A stretch of DNA of 64,000 nucleotides from Candidatus Woesearchaeota archaeon (GCA_018652625.1 JABIBT010000018.1:4566-68565), one strand, 5' to 3'; shown: positions 8,767 through 20,116, counted from the first letter of the stretch. The notes: generated by a model not told the origin, from the sequence alone. Made by a program: numbers and translations.

Positions 8767-11700
8767 GTGGGTTATTTGCATAAAAAGAGGATAAAAGATA
8801 GAAGCTATTACTATACTACAATCCGTGAGAAGACCGGTAAAACCAAAACTATCTATTTGGGGGTCAATAGAAGAAAGGCAGTAGAAAAAGAAAAATCTCT
8901 TGGGATAACCCACAAAAAGTCTTCACACTTTATAAGTGTATTTTTAGTTATTTTTGCAATTCTCTCACTAGGATTAATAGGTTTCTCTTTTACTGGTTTT
9001 GTTGTTGAAGACGTAACAATTTCAGATATAACAGAAGTAGATAGCCCCAAAGAATTAGACCTAGAATTTGAAGAAGTAGTAGAAGAAGAAACAGAAGAAA
9101 TAATTTTGGAGGAAGAAGTTGAAACCAATGAAACGGAGATTGTTGAAGAAAAACCAGAAATAACAGAAGAAATAAACGAAACAATAGAACCTGAGATAAA
9201 TCAAACTGAAGTAAACCAAACCGAAGAAATAAACGAAACAGAAATAGTTGAAGAAAAACCAGAAATAACAGAAGAAATAAATGAAACAATAGAAATTAAC
9301 GAAACAATAGCAATAAACCAAACAGAAATAATTCTAAATACAACTAATCAAACAGTAATTAACCAAACCCTAGAACAGAATAAAAATATAACAGAACTAT
9401 ATTATGAAGTAATAGTAAACCAACAAGTAAAATGGGAAAAAGCAGTTGAACTTGAAAAAGAAGCTACCTCCTTAGAAGTAAAAATACCAAAAAAAGCAAA
9501 TAATATCACAATAACAAAAATAAGTGAACAAAAGAAAGAAACAAAAGAACCATATGTTGAAGCAAAAGAAACTAACATAATAACTGGAAATTTTTTCAGA
9601 AATTTAATAACGGGATTTGCAATATTTGAGGAAAAATCAGACGAACAAACCATAAAGATCAAAGGGCCACTAAAGGGAGCAATAGTGGAATATTATATGC
9701 CAGGTCCAAAAACAGAAGAAAAACAAATCTCGCAATGGAAAAAACAAATTATTGTATCAAGTGAAGAACACTATGAAAATATTTTAACATATACAAATAT
9801 ATCTAATTTTCCAGAAGAAGCAATTAACCTATATCATTTAACAGAAAAAGGGAGAGTGAAAACAGAATTTATATCAAATGACAAAGACGAAGATGGGTTA
9901 ATAGATTACATAGAATGGATAACCCCCCATCTAAGTAATGAAACATACGAAATAGAAATAACAATTTTAAATGTACAATCCTACCCTTCAGTTGGTGGAA
10001 ACTGGACTGTTTATTTTAACACAACTGGACAATCCGATTTAACAATAACTGGAATAAATGATACATATTTCGGGATAGATTTAGAACTTATAGAAATAAA
10101 ATGTGGGGACAAACAACTTCCCTACGAAGTAGGAGAAAATTCAATAACAGTAAAAAACTATACTTGTGAAAACACGGGTTCAGAAACAAGTAAAGTATTA
10201 ACTCCCGGAAAACATCACTTGGAATTCAATTTCGGAGGACAAATAGCGCATGCACATAATTTAGCAACAATCTCAACTTGTCAAACTCTAAGCGTAGCAA
10301 ACGAATATTACATATTGGATTCAGATATTCCAAATGATGATGGAACATGTTTTACAATAGGTGCAACAAATATAACTTTAGACTGTGAAGGTCATACAAT
10401 AGATGGAGACGGAGACGCTTCTGGATACGGAGTAATAATAAACAATGCAAACTACGATAATTTAACAATAACAAACTGTACAATTCAACAGTTTGCAAGA
10501 AATGTGTATGTTGGAGCAAGTTCAGATGATATTAGATTAGTTAACTCAAATTTCTTGGAAGGATATTATGATGGAGTTTTAACTTATTCTGTTCAAAATA
10601 TGTTTATAGAAAACAATACCTTTTCAGGATTGAATGAGTATGGTGCTTACTTCTGGCACTCTAGCTCAACATATGGAAATAATTGGACTATAAATAATAA
10701 TACTTTTACTGGAGGAACCACGTCCTCGGATTATGGCGTACAAATTGGATATCTAGATAACTCCACAATAACTAACAATTCATTCATTGGAGGGACAGGA
10801 TCAACATATGGGTATGGCGGAGCATATCAATATGGACACAATGTTATTATAAAAAACAATACCTTCGAAGGGAATTCCGTAGACAGAGATAGAGGATTAT
10901 ATTTACAATATGCAGATAATTTTACAATAACAAATAACACATTTTCTTCTAGCATAAATGATTACGCGTCCTTAGAAATGTATAGTACAACTAATTCAAG
11001 AGTCTTTAATAATTCAATGACCTCTCCTGCATCTTACGGACTAACTATTAGCTATTATTCATCAAATAATCAAATTGAGAATAATAATGTAACCTCTAGA
11101 AATGGAGTATATTTTGCAACATATTCTACAGACAATAATCTAACAAGCAATAGTATAATTTCTTCAACACTTTATGGGGTCTATATGAATAGTTATAATA
11201 CTGGAAACAGAATTGTAAACAATAACATTGTAGGTCAAACTTATACAGTATATGCAACAGCCTATTCTAACAATAATGATTATATTAATAATACGATGGT
11301 GTCGAATGCAAATTATGTCGTATATATGAATGACCATGCAGGAAATAATTTATTTTATAATAACGATATGACAAGCTCAGGTACATATGCTATCAGAGCA
11401 TATCTCGCTTCTGGAGGAAATAATTTTACTAAAAATAACATGACCTCTCCAAATAATGCTTTAAGATTAGAAAGCGATTGTAATGATAATATAGTGGATT
11501 CAAACATTATAAATTCAACAGCAAATATAGGAATTTACATAGTTACTGGATCAAGTGAAAATAACTTAATAAAAAACAATATAGTTTATGGTGGAACAAC
11601 AGCATTTCAGGATTCATCGGTAAATACAAACCTTAGATTAGTAAATAATTCTTTTTTTGCTACAAACGGGTGGGGAGCAGTTATAGTTGCAGGCACAAAT

Positions 11701-14700
11701 GTATCAATAATAAATAATACAATTATATCTGGAACCTCAAATGACAATGGATTGGGACTGAGTGATGTTTCTGTGGGAACTATTGAAAATAATATCATAA
11801 ATGCAACTGCTCACGGGCTATATATTTACACGGGAACAGATAATGTCAATATAACAAACAATAACATTTCTGCAGATCTAGGTAGTGGAAATAATTATTA
11901 TGGTGCCTATTTTACTCAGGAGAGTGTAAATAATAGACTAGAAAACAACACTATAAGCAGTCTTGCTGAAGACGGAATATATATTGATGATTCTCCAAAT
12001 AATATATTTATAGGAAATACTATTACTGCTGGATCTAACGCAGGTTGGACAACAGACGCAGGAATATACTTAACCTACTCAAGTAATAACAATTTCACAG
12101 AAAATATAATAAACAACACAGGGGGACCGGGAGTTTATTCTGCGTATAGTCACAATAATAGTTTTCACGGAAATAAATTCGATTCAAATTATGTTGGAAT
12201 GTACCTTGCATATGGGTCCATGGGGGAAACAGACTTTGCAAGTAACACAATATTAAGTACGTCTCAAGCATACGATTATAGGATATTAGGTAATCTAGCA
12301 GCAAATTCAAATATTTCTTTTTTGAATTGTAGTCTTGATGTAGATGCAGTTTACATGACTGATGATTATAGCTATGTATCTCAATTATGGTATGCAACTA
12401 TCAATGTTTCAAATACAAATGGACAAGTAGAAAATGCAACAGTTTTGGTATATGATGTAAATAGTACACTAGTTTCTACAAAAACAACAAACAGTAAAGG
12501 AATAACAGACAAAGTGCCCTTAAAAGAATTTACATCCGATAGACTAAGCAATTATAATTTAGACAAAACATATTACAATAACCATAGTTTCCAAGCTTCT
12601 GAAGTAGACCATTTTTCAGGATCTAATACTTCAAATATGACGACTAGTAAAATGGTTTATGTCAGATTAGAAGACTGGCCTTTAGTTACAATTCTAACAA
12701 ATTATCCAGAAGTTAAAAGTTATCAAGGGAATAGCCTTTTACAAATAAGAGTAAACGAAACAAGACGTTCTGATTTAATTAATAATACCAATGTATCAAT
12801 AACCTTTGCAAATGGGACTACATTAACTTTTGCAATGGTAAATGGAACGAACGGAGATCCAAATCTATGGGAATATAATTACACAATAAATCTTTCAGAT
12901 GTTGGTGGAACATTCAATATTACTGCAAAAGCCTATAATTCTACAGGATACAATTATATCAATGATACCGACACTGGATTTTATATAGAGCCAAACATAG
13001 TGTGGTTCAAAACTTATAATTTAAGTGATAAAGCTAAATCTTTCTTTGCAGAAAACGAACCATCTAAATTAAAAACTTTAGTACATAATGCTTACGAAAA
13101 TTATCCTCAAGTAGAGGTTAGAGATGCGGAGGGAAGCGTGGTATTAAATAAAACCCCTATGACAAGTGAAGAAGGAACAATATTTAATATTAGCTACATA
13201 ACTAACGGTTCATTAGGTTTTTATAATGTAACAATATATTCTAATGGAACAGACACAGAACAGTTTGAGTATTCATTCTACCGAGGAACAAACTGGCAAA
13301 ATAACTTTACAAATAATGATAGTTCCATTTATGCCTTTTCAAAAGAAATAAATATATCTGAACCAAATATCGGAGAAAGATTCTTTTATCCAGTAGATGC
13401 CAATATAAATTTCACAGAAACAGTAAATTTAGATTCGATAAGAGTTACATTATATAATGGAACAACATATACAGAAATTCCTTCACAAATTTATAATTAT
13501 ACTGCAATAAACAATACGGCAGAAACAGCAAATGTTGTTTGGTTAGCTTCATTAAGTAAGGGAGAGAATAGAACATATCATATTCATTATAATGATGTTA
13601 CTTTAGGAAATGCAACCTACAACACAGACTTAACTACGTATACAACAACAAGTAATTATAGATTTTTTAATACAAGTTATTATAGTATAAGGACCGATTC
13701 CGACGAGGGAGGAGTTATTGATGCTGCCTGGACAAAACAAGGAAATACAGATAATATAGCTGGACAAGACCCTATGCAAAGCTCCCCTTCTATACTTACA
13801 ATAACTTTAGATTCTTATTCCGCACACAAAGATCAAAGTCCAACAATAAGCTTAGAACATTCTGGTCCAGTTTTCAATAAATATACAATTTCTGGATATT
13901 TAAGCTCTTCTGACGGAACTCAAAACACAAATTTACCATTTAACCAAACTTACTGGACCTATGCAAAAAATAATTATTTGATTTATGAAACCAACTTGAA
14001 TTTCTTATCCGCATATAATCTTGAAAACCTAATAAGCCAGTTTGTATCGTACGGGGAAGGATATTTCAATAAATTTTCATGGGGACTTTCCAACGGATCA
14101 TATTATAATTATTCCTTAACTACAGGAAATGGGCCAGATTATACAAATTTAAATATAAGTATGATTTGGTTAGGGGTTTATAATTCAGAGAACAAAACAT
14201 CAATGGCAGATATTTTCTTGAATAGAACAAGTACTACTGAAGAAACCCCGGAAGGATACTTTTATGATCAGGCCTCATTTGAGTTTTACAAAAGATACTT
14301 AATTTCAAGCCCAACAGCAGTAACAAACGGAAGTAATTATACCTCAAAAATAGCAAGAATATTCTGGGATGGGGAAGACAAGTATGAAACCTTGAATGAT
14401 ACCTATTATATCTTACAAAATGATATAACTTATACCACTGGAGGAATAAAATATGGAGATACAACAAAATCATATTTCACACAATATAACCATTCACCTA
14501 CGCTTCCAAATGATAACGAGAGTATTAATTGTTTCTCATACTGGATGGACGAACTGAGATTAAAGGAAGGGTATGTAGAAACAAATGCAACAGGTACAGC
14601 AATCAACCACACCGTGTCAATAACTGGAAATGAAAGTTGGGTTAATTACACAATCCCTGCAGCAGATTTAACACTAAACAGAACATACTGTAAGTTTTTT

Positions 14701-17070
14701 GCTAAAGATATTGGAAATAACATAAATTCAACACCAAGAATATTTTTTAATGTTACAGATGTTTCTCCACCAATAATAGAAAACATAACAAATACTCCAA
14801 ATAGCTCAGATGCTTTGGACCCAGGAGTAATAATAAATGTTACAGCAGACGTTAAAGATAAAATAAATATAGATACTATAGTTTTACAATATCAATATAA
14901 TCATTCTGGAGTGTGGAATGAAACAAATATGGCCATTGTTACAAACAATAGTTACATAGCAAACTTTAGTGCAGCAAATATAGGAAATTATTCTTATAGG
15001 ATTAATGCAACCGATAAAGTAGGAAATAGTAATCTTAGTAGCACAACAAGTGTTACTGTGGACTATGATTTATCCTGGCAAATTTCTCCAGCTTCTTTTG
15101 AAGCAGTTTCAGGACTTATAGGATCTACACTAAATGTATTTAATATTACCGTAAATAATACAGCAGATTTTGAAGCAGATTTCAGTTTCACTTCTACAAG
15201 AGATGGATGGATTTATTATAATAATTCATTAGAAACATACACAATCACACTGGGCCCAAAAAATAGCACAACTTTAGAAATTAATGCAAGTTTACCAGTT
15301 GATATTGGAGAATACCCTTTAACAGTCACAGTTACCCATGGAAACTCAACTGCTGATCCTGCGACGAGAACTGTTTCTGGAGATGTGGTGGCATATCAAG
15401 CAGGACCATATGTATGGACAAGTTTTTCAACTTATAGCGTTTCAGTACTATCTGGAGATTCGAATGTTAACTATACTGTAAGAATTAAGAATTTAGGTAA
15501 TGAAACCGCGGAAAATATAACAAATACCATAACTTTACCGGAGGGGTGGACAACAAGTGAGAACCTAGTTTCAACATTTAGTAGTATAATTGCAAATGCA
15601 TATGAGTATCATAGTATTTTAGTAAATATTCCTTCTAGCGCAGAATCTGAGATTGTAACAATGATAACTACTCCGTTAGCAAATAATACAAATCAATCTC
15701 ACGAAGAAGAATTAGAAATAACAGTTGTAGATCCAACCGTAGCTTCATCTGGATCCGGTGATGGAGGGGGCGGAGGAGGAGGCGGCAGCGGAGGCGGCAG
15801 CGGAGGAGTTCCATTCAACCAAGAAGAGTCTGAAAGATTTTTTAGATCAGAACAAATATTTGAGTTAGTCAGAGGAGAAAATCAAGAATTTATAATTGAG
15901 ATAGAAAATCCATATGAGACGGATGTAATGAAAAATCTAAAACTTAAATTAATGGGATTTGATGAAAACTACTTACATTTCTCTCCAAAAATAATTAGGG
16001 AATTAAATCCTGGAGAAAAAGAAAATATTAGTATAAGGATAACTGCCCCAGCATATTTTGTAAAAGGAGAATATCAACTAGAGTTCAAAATTAATGGAGA
16101 TTTAATAAAAAACACTACAAAAACAATCCCAATAATTTATACTAAACATATTACACTGTATGTTTTTGAGGTTTCAAGATTGGACGCCATTGATTATAGA
16201 AACAACGCAGAAGAACACATTGATGAAATGACTTCAAATGAGTTTAAAACAGAAGAGGCAGAAGGATTATTTCGAGAACTTGGAACAGCATACAACGAAA
16301 CAGAATTCAAACAAGTTGAAGAGCTATATGAACAAATCTATGATCTTTATGTAACTTCAAATGAAGCAAATAAAGGAATAATAGAATTAGAAAATAAGGT
16401 AGAAGAAGCAGAAAATAAAAAAATACTTATAGAAAAAACAAAAAGATTGCTTCACCTAGCAAAATCTTCTTTTGAAAGAGGGGAGTACAAAAGTGCTATA
16501 GACAGGGTAAAGGAAGCAAAGCTAACTCTTGCCTTGGAATATGGTGGAAAATATGTAAAAGAAGCCATTTACTCGATGAAAGAGAATCCAAAAGAAACAA
16601 CAATAGGATTTTCATCTTTCGCATTTTTTGTTATTGGGACTTCAGTCTTCTCGAGATATAGATACTTAAAGAGAAAACTAAAAAAATTGTTGGGAGAAGA
16701 AAATCTTTTAATGGAATTAATGAAAGCAATACAAATAGAAGTATTCGAAAGATCAAAAATGTCTATGAAAGAATATGGCGATGCCATGATGCAGTATGAA
16801 GAAAGATTGAATAAAGTTCTAGAAGATACATTAAAGTTTGAAAATAAGAAAAAGAACTTGATGAAATTTAAATCAAAAGGGAAAAAATTTAGGGAAGAAA
16901 GAGAAAAATTACTTGGACTCATAAAGGAAACTCAAAAAGCATATATCTCGGAAGGAAAATTTGAAACTAGAATTTATGAAAATAAACTAAAGTCTTATTC
17001 AACAAGATTGGCAGATATTGAAGAACAGTTGGCCACAGCAGAAGTTAAAAAAGCATTTAAGAAAAAATAA
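8767..17070 (+). CDS. Giant (2767 aa) surface protein with parallel beta-helix (NosD/pectin-lyase-like) repeats, Ig-like domains and two TM anchors
   Basis: GTG start; TM near residues 55-80; Asn-rich PbH1-type repeats; many N-x-S/T sequons; Gly-rich linker; C-terminal TM and helical tail. Confidence 0.85.
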   Translation: MGYLHKKRIKDRSYYYTTIREKTGKTKTIYLGVNRRKAVEKEKSLGITHKKSSHFISVFLVIFAILSLGLIGFSFTGFVVEDVTISDITEVDSPKELDLEFEEVVEEETEEIILEEEVETNETEIVEEKPEITEEINETIEPEINQTEVNQTEEINETEIVEEKPEITEEINETIEINETIAINQTEIILNTTNQTVINQTLEQNKNITELYYEVIVNQQVKWEKAVELEKEATSLEVKIPKKANNITITKISEQKKETKEPYVEAKETNIITGNFFRNLITGFAIFEEKSDEQTIKIKGPLKGAIVEYYMPGPKTEEKQISQWKKQIIVSSEEHYENILTYTNISNFPEEAINLYHLTEKGRVKTEFISNDKDEDGLIDYIEWITPHLSNETYEIEITILNVQSYPSVGGNWTVYFNTTGQSDLTITGINDTYFGIDLELIEIKCGDKQLPYEVGENSITVKNYTCENTGSETSKVLTPGKHHLEFNFGGQIAHAHNLATISTCQTLSVANEYYILDSDIPNDDGTCFTIGATNITLDCEGHTIDGDGDASGYGVIINNANYDNLTITNCTIQQFARNVYVGASSDDIRLVNSNFLEGYYDGVLTYSVQNMFIENNTFSGLNEYGAYFWHSSSTYGNNWTINNNTFTGGTTSSDYGVQIGYLDNSTITNNSFIGGTGSTYGYGGAYQYGHNVIIKNNTFEGNSVDRDRGLYLQYADNFTITNNTFSSSINDYASLEMYSTTNSRVFNNSMTSPASYGLTISYYSSNNQIENNNVTSRNGVYFATYSTDNNLTSNSIISSTLYGVYMNSYNTGNRIVNNNIVGQTYTVYATAYSNNNDYINNTMVSNANYVVYMNDHAGNNLFYNNDMTSSGTYAIRAYLASGGNNFTKNNMTSPNNALRLESDCNDNIVDSNIINSTANIGIYIVTGSSENNLIKNNIVYGGTTAFQDSSVNTNLRLVNNSFFATNGWGAVIVAGTNVSIINNTIISGTSNDNGLGLSDVSVGTIENNIINATAHGLYIYTGTDNVNITNNNISADLGSGNNYYGAYFTQESVNNRLENNTISSLAEDGIYIDDSPNNIFIGNTITAGSNAGWTTDAGIYLTYSSNNNFTENIINNTGGPGVYSAYSHNNSFHGNKFDSNYVGMYLAYGSMGETDFASNTILSTSQAYDYRILGNLAANSNISFLNCSLDVDAVYMTDDYSYVSQLWYATINVSNTNGQVENATVLVYDVNSTLVSTKTTNSKGITDKVPLKEFTSDRLSNYNLDKTYYNNHSFQASEVDHFSGSNTSNMTTSKMVYVRLEDWPLVTILTNYPEVKSYQGNSLLQIRVNETRRSDLINNTNVSITFANGTTLTFAMVNGTNGDPNLWEYNYTINLSDVGGTFNITAKAYNSTGYNYINDTDTGFYIEPNIVWFKTYNLSDKAKSFFAENEPSKLKTLVHNAYENYPQVEVRDAEGSVVLNKTPMTSEEGTIFNISYITNGSLGFYNVTIYSNGTDTEQFEYSFYRGTNWQNNFTNNDSSIYAFSKEINISEPNIGERFFYPVDANINFTETVNLDSIRVTLYNGTTYTEIPSQIYNYTAINNTAETANVVWLASLSKGENRTYHIHYNDVTLGNATYNTDLTTYTTTSNYRFFNTSYYSIRTDSDEGGVIDAAWTKQGNTDNIAGQDPMQSSPSILTITLDSYSAHKDQSPTISLEHSGPVFNKYTISGYLSSSDGTQNTNLPFNQTYWTYAKNNYLIYETNLNFLSAYNLENLISQFVSYGEGYFNKFSWGLSNGSYYNYSLTTGNGPDYTNLNISMIWLGVYNSENKTSMADIFLNRTSTTEETPEGYFYDQASFEFYKRYLISSPTAVTNGSNYTSKIARIFWDGEDKYETLNDTYYILQNDITYTTGGIKYGDTTKSYFTQYNHSPTLPNDNESINCFSYWMDELRLKEGYVETNATGTAINHTVSITGNESWVNYTIPAADLTLNRTYCKFFAKDIGNNINSTPRIFFNVTDVSPPIIENITNTPNSSDALDPGVIINVTADVKDKINIDTIVLQYQYNHSGVWNETNMAIVTNNSYIANFSAANIGNYSYRINATDKVGNSNLSSTTSVTVDYDLSWQISPASFEAVSGLIGSTLNVFNITVNNTADFEADFSFTSTRDGWIYYNNSLETYTITLGPKNSTTLEINASLPVDIGEYPLTVTVTHGNSTADPATRTVSGDVVAYQAGPYVWTSFSTYSVSVLSGDSNVNYTVRIKNLGNETAENITNTITLPEGWTTSENLVSTFSSIIANAYEYHSILVNIPSSAESEIVTMITTPLANNTNQSHEEELEITVVDPTVASSGSGDGGGGGGGGSGGGSGGVPFNQEESERFFRSEQIFELVRGENQEFIIEIENPYETDVMKNLKLKLMGFDENYLHFSPKIIRELNPGEKENISIRITAPAYFVKGEYQLEFKINGDLIKNTTKTIPIIYTKHITLYVFEVSRLDAIDYRNNAEEHIDEMTSNEFKTEEAEGLFRELGTAYNETEFKQVEELYEQIYDLYVTSNEANKGIIELENKVEEAENKKILIEKTKRLLHLAKSSFERGEYKSAIDRVKEAKLTLALEYGGKYVKEAIYSMKENPKETTIGFSSFAFFVIGTSVFSRYRYLKRKLKKLLGEENLLMELMKAIQIEVFERSKMSMKEYGDAMMQYEERLNKVLEDTLKFENKKKNLMKFKSKGKKFREEREKLLGLIKETQKAYISEGKFETRIYENKLKSYSTRLADIEEQLATAEVKKAFKKK
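9127..9294 (+). repeat. Intragenic direct repeat encoding NETEIVEEKPEITEEINETIE twice
   Basis: Near-identical 63-nt units at about 9127-9189 and 9232-9294, flanked by shorter NQT/NET units. Confidence 0.8.
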
Positions 17071-17099
17071 TCATAATAGCAAAACTTAAAAAAGCAAAA

Positions 17100-18173
17100 A
17101 TGAAAAAGGTATATATGAATAAAAAAGGATTTCTCGGATTGCCCTTTGGATCGGGTAAGAAAAAGGAAGAAAAGAAAGTTGAGAATAAAGAGAATTCTGA
17201 AAAATCGGATATAGAAATTGAAAAGAAAACAGCAAAACCAAAAGAATCCGAAGAAACTATAAAAGATTACAAGGCAGGATTGGGGGAAGATCCCACGATA
17301 GAAACACTCACTGAAGAGATGAAGATTGCAAAAAGAATAGCTAAAGAATATACAGAAGAAGAAGGAGTATCAAAAAAACAAGAGGAATCAGATGAATCAT
17401 CTTCAAAAGAAGTACCAACCTATAAAACAGGTATAGCTGGATTTGATGTTTTATTGGGCGGGGGAGGAATTCCGTGCTCTACAAGTGTATTGGTGGAAGG
17501 GGGCCCGGGGTCTGGAAAGACTATTTTTTGCTTACATGTGGCACAGTCTTTTTGTGAAAAGGGAAAAAAAGTGCTATATATGAGTTTTGAGGAACCAGAA
17601 GAAAGATTAATACAACATATGGAATCATTCGGAATGCCCGCAAAAAAATACGTAGAAAATGGAACATTAATAGTTAGGAGATTCAACGCTTTAGATATTG
17701 CAAGATCGGTAGAAGCCCTATTATCGGAAGCTAAAAAAGAACTGTTAATAGAGGTACAACCTATCTTAATTCCACAAGATATAGAACCAGATTTGGTATT
17801 AATTGACTCTCTTACATCTATTGCTTCAGCATTTTCTGGAGAAGACAATAGATTCAGAATTTATATGGAACAAATGTTTAGATATTTAGAGAATAATAAA
17901 ATGAGCTCCCTATTGATTAGAGAAGTTGCAAATCCCGGACATATAGGGGAGGGACATTCTGCATCTGATGAAGCAACAAGCTTTCTATCAGACGGGATTA
18001 TTGTTTTTTATAATGTGGTTCTCAATACGGGAAAAAGAACAAGGGCTATTGAGATATTAAAACTAAGAGGGCAACCTTTCGACAGAAGAATTGTAGAGGC
18101 AGAAATAATCAACAAAAAAGGGTTGATGGTATATCCCAAAAGAACACTAAAGGGAAAATATACACTAACTTAA
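17100..18173 (+). CDS. Single-domain KaiC-like (RecA-superfamily) ATPase with charged N-terminal extension
   Basis: KTGIAGFD, GGPGSGKT, YMSFEE, LIDSLT, SDGII, RAIEILKLRG. Confidence 0.85.
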   Translation: MKKVYMNKKGFLGLPFGSGKKKEEKKVENKENSEKSDIEIEKKTAKPKESEETIKDYKAGLGEDPTIETLTEEMKIAKRIAKEYTEEEGVSKKQEESDESSSKEVPTYKTGIAGFDVLLGGGGIPCSTSVLVEGGPGSGKTIFCLHVAQSFCEKGKKVLYMSFEEPEERLIQHMESFGMPAKKYVENGTLIVRRFNALDIARSVEALLSEAKKELLIEVQPILIPQDIEPDLVLIDSLTSIASAFSGEDNRFRIYMEQMFRYLENNKMSSLLIREVANPGHIGEGHSASDEATSFLSDGIIVFYNVVLNTGKRTRAIEILKLRGQPFDRRIVEAEIINKKGLMVYPKRTLKGKYTLT

Positions 18174-18180
18174 TTAAAAA

Positions 18181-19182
18181 ATGAAAAAAATATATTTATT
18201 TCTTATAGTTGCTCTTATTTTAGTACCATTTGTACAATCTGAAGAGGTCTCAGATATAGAAATAGAGCTACAACTTAAAATAAAAGAAGTAGAAATCATA
18301 GTTTTTGAACTTAGAGATGAAGGATTCAGTATTCAAAGAGTAAACGATACACTCGAAGCAGCAAAAGGAATTTTTGAAGTACAATCTCAAAGAAAAAGTA
18401 GGCAAAAAGATTTTACATTAGTTGACAAATACCTAGACGAAATTTTTGAATTAAAGAAGCAAGCATATGTAACAAGAGATGAGATTAATTATGTTTACGA
18501 ATTTTATAACGATACTAAAAAAAATAAACCGGATATGAACCTATCAGAAGTTGACAAAATTTTAGAAGAGATGCAATTTGAATTTGATAGTGAAAGATAT
18601 GATAGAGCATATGATTTATCAAAAAAGGCATACTCAAGAATAATTGACATAGAGGGGAGCTATACAGCAGTAAATTTAGCGTATCAAGCTACAGCAAGGA
18701 CTCTAAAAAATTTCCTTATAGATAATTGGTTATTATTACTTTCTATTTTAATTGGAGGTACATTCTTATATTTTTTATTTAGAAATAGAATAATTTTCTT
18801 TAAAACCAAACTAAGAATAAGATATTTAGAACGACAAAGAGGAGTATTAGAACAATTAATTAAGGAAACACAAAGCGGATATTTTGAAAAATCAACAATT
18901 GCAGAGTCTACATATAGGATCCGGACAAAAAAATTCTCAGATATGACTAGAGATATAAATAGACAACTACCTTTATTGAAAGAGGAATTGGCTAAAAGAA
19001 AGAAAGGAGAAAAGCCATTTGAGGAGAAAGTTAAAGATCGAAGTAAGAATAATTCAAAGAAAAAAAAGAAAAGAAAAGGGAGTTTCTCTATTTTTAAGAA
19101 GAAAAAACAAAATAAAATAATTAAGAAAAAAGTTGTCAAAAAGAAAGTTACGAAGAAAAAAGTAACAAAAAAGAAGAAATAA
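18181..19182 (+). CDS. Membrane protein paralogous to the C-terminus of the giant protein, with Lys-rich tail
   Basis: Signal peptide, helical ectodomain, TM, LIKETQ-x2-Y motif shared with the giant protein, KKVTK repeats. Confidence 0.7.
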   Translation: MKKIYLFLIVALILVPFVQSEEVSDIEIELQLKIKEVEIIVFELRDEGFSIQRVNDTLEAAKGIFEVQSQRKSRQKDFTLVDKYLDEIFELKKQAYVTRDEINYVYEFYNDTKKNKPDMNLSEVDKILEEMQFEFDSERYDRAYDLSKKAYSRIIDIEGSYTAVNLAYQATARTLKNFLIDNWLLLLSILIGGTFLYFLFRNRIIFFKTKLRIRYLERQRGVLEQLIKETQSGYFEKSTIAESTYRIRTKKFSDMTRDINRQLPLLKEELAKRKKGEKPFEEKVKDRSKNNSKKKKKRKGSFSIFKKKKQNKIIKKKVVKKKVTKKKVTKKKK

Positions 19183-20043
19183 TTATTTTCCCTTATGAAA
19201 CTTCAATTGTTTAATTTTTCCATTTTTTATTTCTAATAAAATATTTACATCAGAACCAAAACCAGCATTAACACAAACAGTTTTTCCAATCTTATCTTTT
19301 CCAAAATGTTCATGCATGTGCCCACCGATACAAATTAAAGGATTGTATTTCTCAATTATTTCTCTAGTTATCATAGAACCAAAATGTTGTCCGTTTCGGG
19401 GGGAATACTTATTATTTATTTTATCAATCTTCGTATTAAAGGGAACATTGTGAGAAAGAAAGATAACTGGGAGATTTATATTTTTGAATAAGTTATCTAT
19501 TTTTCCTAAATGTTTTTCATATTTTAACTTTTTTATTTTTAATTCATTTTTTCCATATCTTTCTAAATCCTCTTTATATTGTGGATACTCTGGTCCGGAA
19601 GATATACCGTGGCCAATGAAATTAATGCCATTAAAAATAACTTTTTTTTCATGCAAATTAATAATATTTTTTAATCCAACTACAAGTTTCTTAAAATGGT
19701 CTTTTTTTAAAAAATTCCAATTTATCTCTCTCTCAACAAAAGGAGTCCAATCCCAATTGCCAGGGACAATATAAACTGGAACACCATAAGAATTTAATTT
19801 TTCTAATATTTTCCTTCCATCAGAAAGAGATTTCATAATTATTTTTTTAGCTTCTTTTTTACCAACTATATCATACCATTCAGTTTTTGATTTGGGAGTT
19901 ACTAATCTTTCTTTCAAAGCCCGAAACATATACTTTTTTGATTCATCAGAACAAAAATCTCCTGGAGCAATAATTGCATCAAAATCCTTAAAATGAATCT
20001 TTGGTTTTTTTCCGTGCAAATCTCCAATAATTAAAAATTTCAT
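19183..20043 (-). CDS. Calcineurin-like metallophosphoesterase (Icc-like)
   Basis: GDLHG, GDF, PGNWD, SHNVP, GHMHE motifs. Confidence 0.9.
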   Translation of the reverse strand: MKFLIIGDLHGKKPKIHFKDFDAIIAPGDFCSDESKKYMFRALKERLVTPKSKTEWYDIVGKKEAKKIIMKSLSDGRKILEKLNSYGVPVYIVPGNWDWTPFVEREINWNFLKKDHFKKLVVGLKNIINLHEKKVIFNGINFIGHGISSGPEYPQYKEDLERYGKNELKIKKLKYEKHLGKIDNLFKNINLPVIFLSHNVPFNTKIDKINNKYSPRNGQHFGSMITREIIEKYNPLICIGGHMHEHFGKDKIGKTVCVNAGFGSDVNILLEIKNGKIKQLKFHKGK

Positions 20044-20116
20044 ACCTTACAAGGGAAAATAATTCCTTAAAAACTTTTCCAAAATCTATATAAACAACAT
20101 AGTTTTCAAGATAATT

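Noticed and set aside
15751..15808. GC-rich GGC/GGA repeat tract
   Set aside because: Encodes the Gly/Ser linker of the giant protein; not an independent element.
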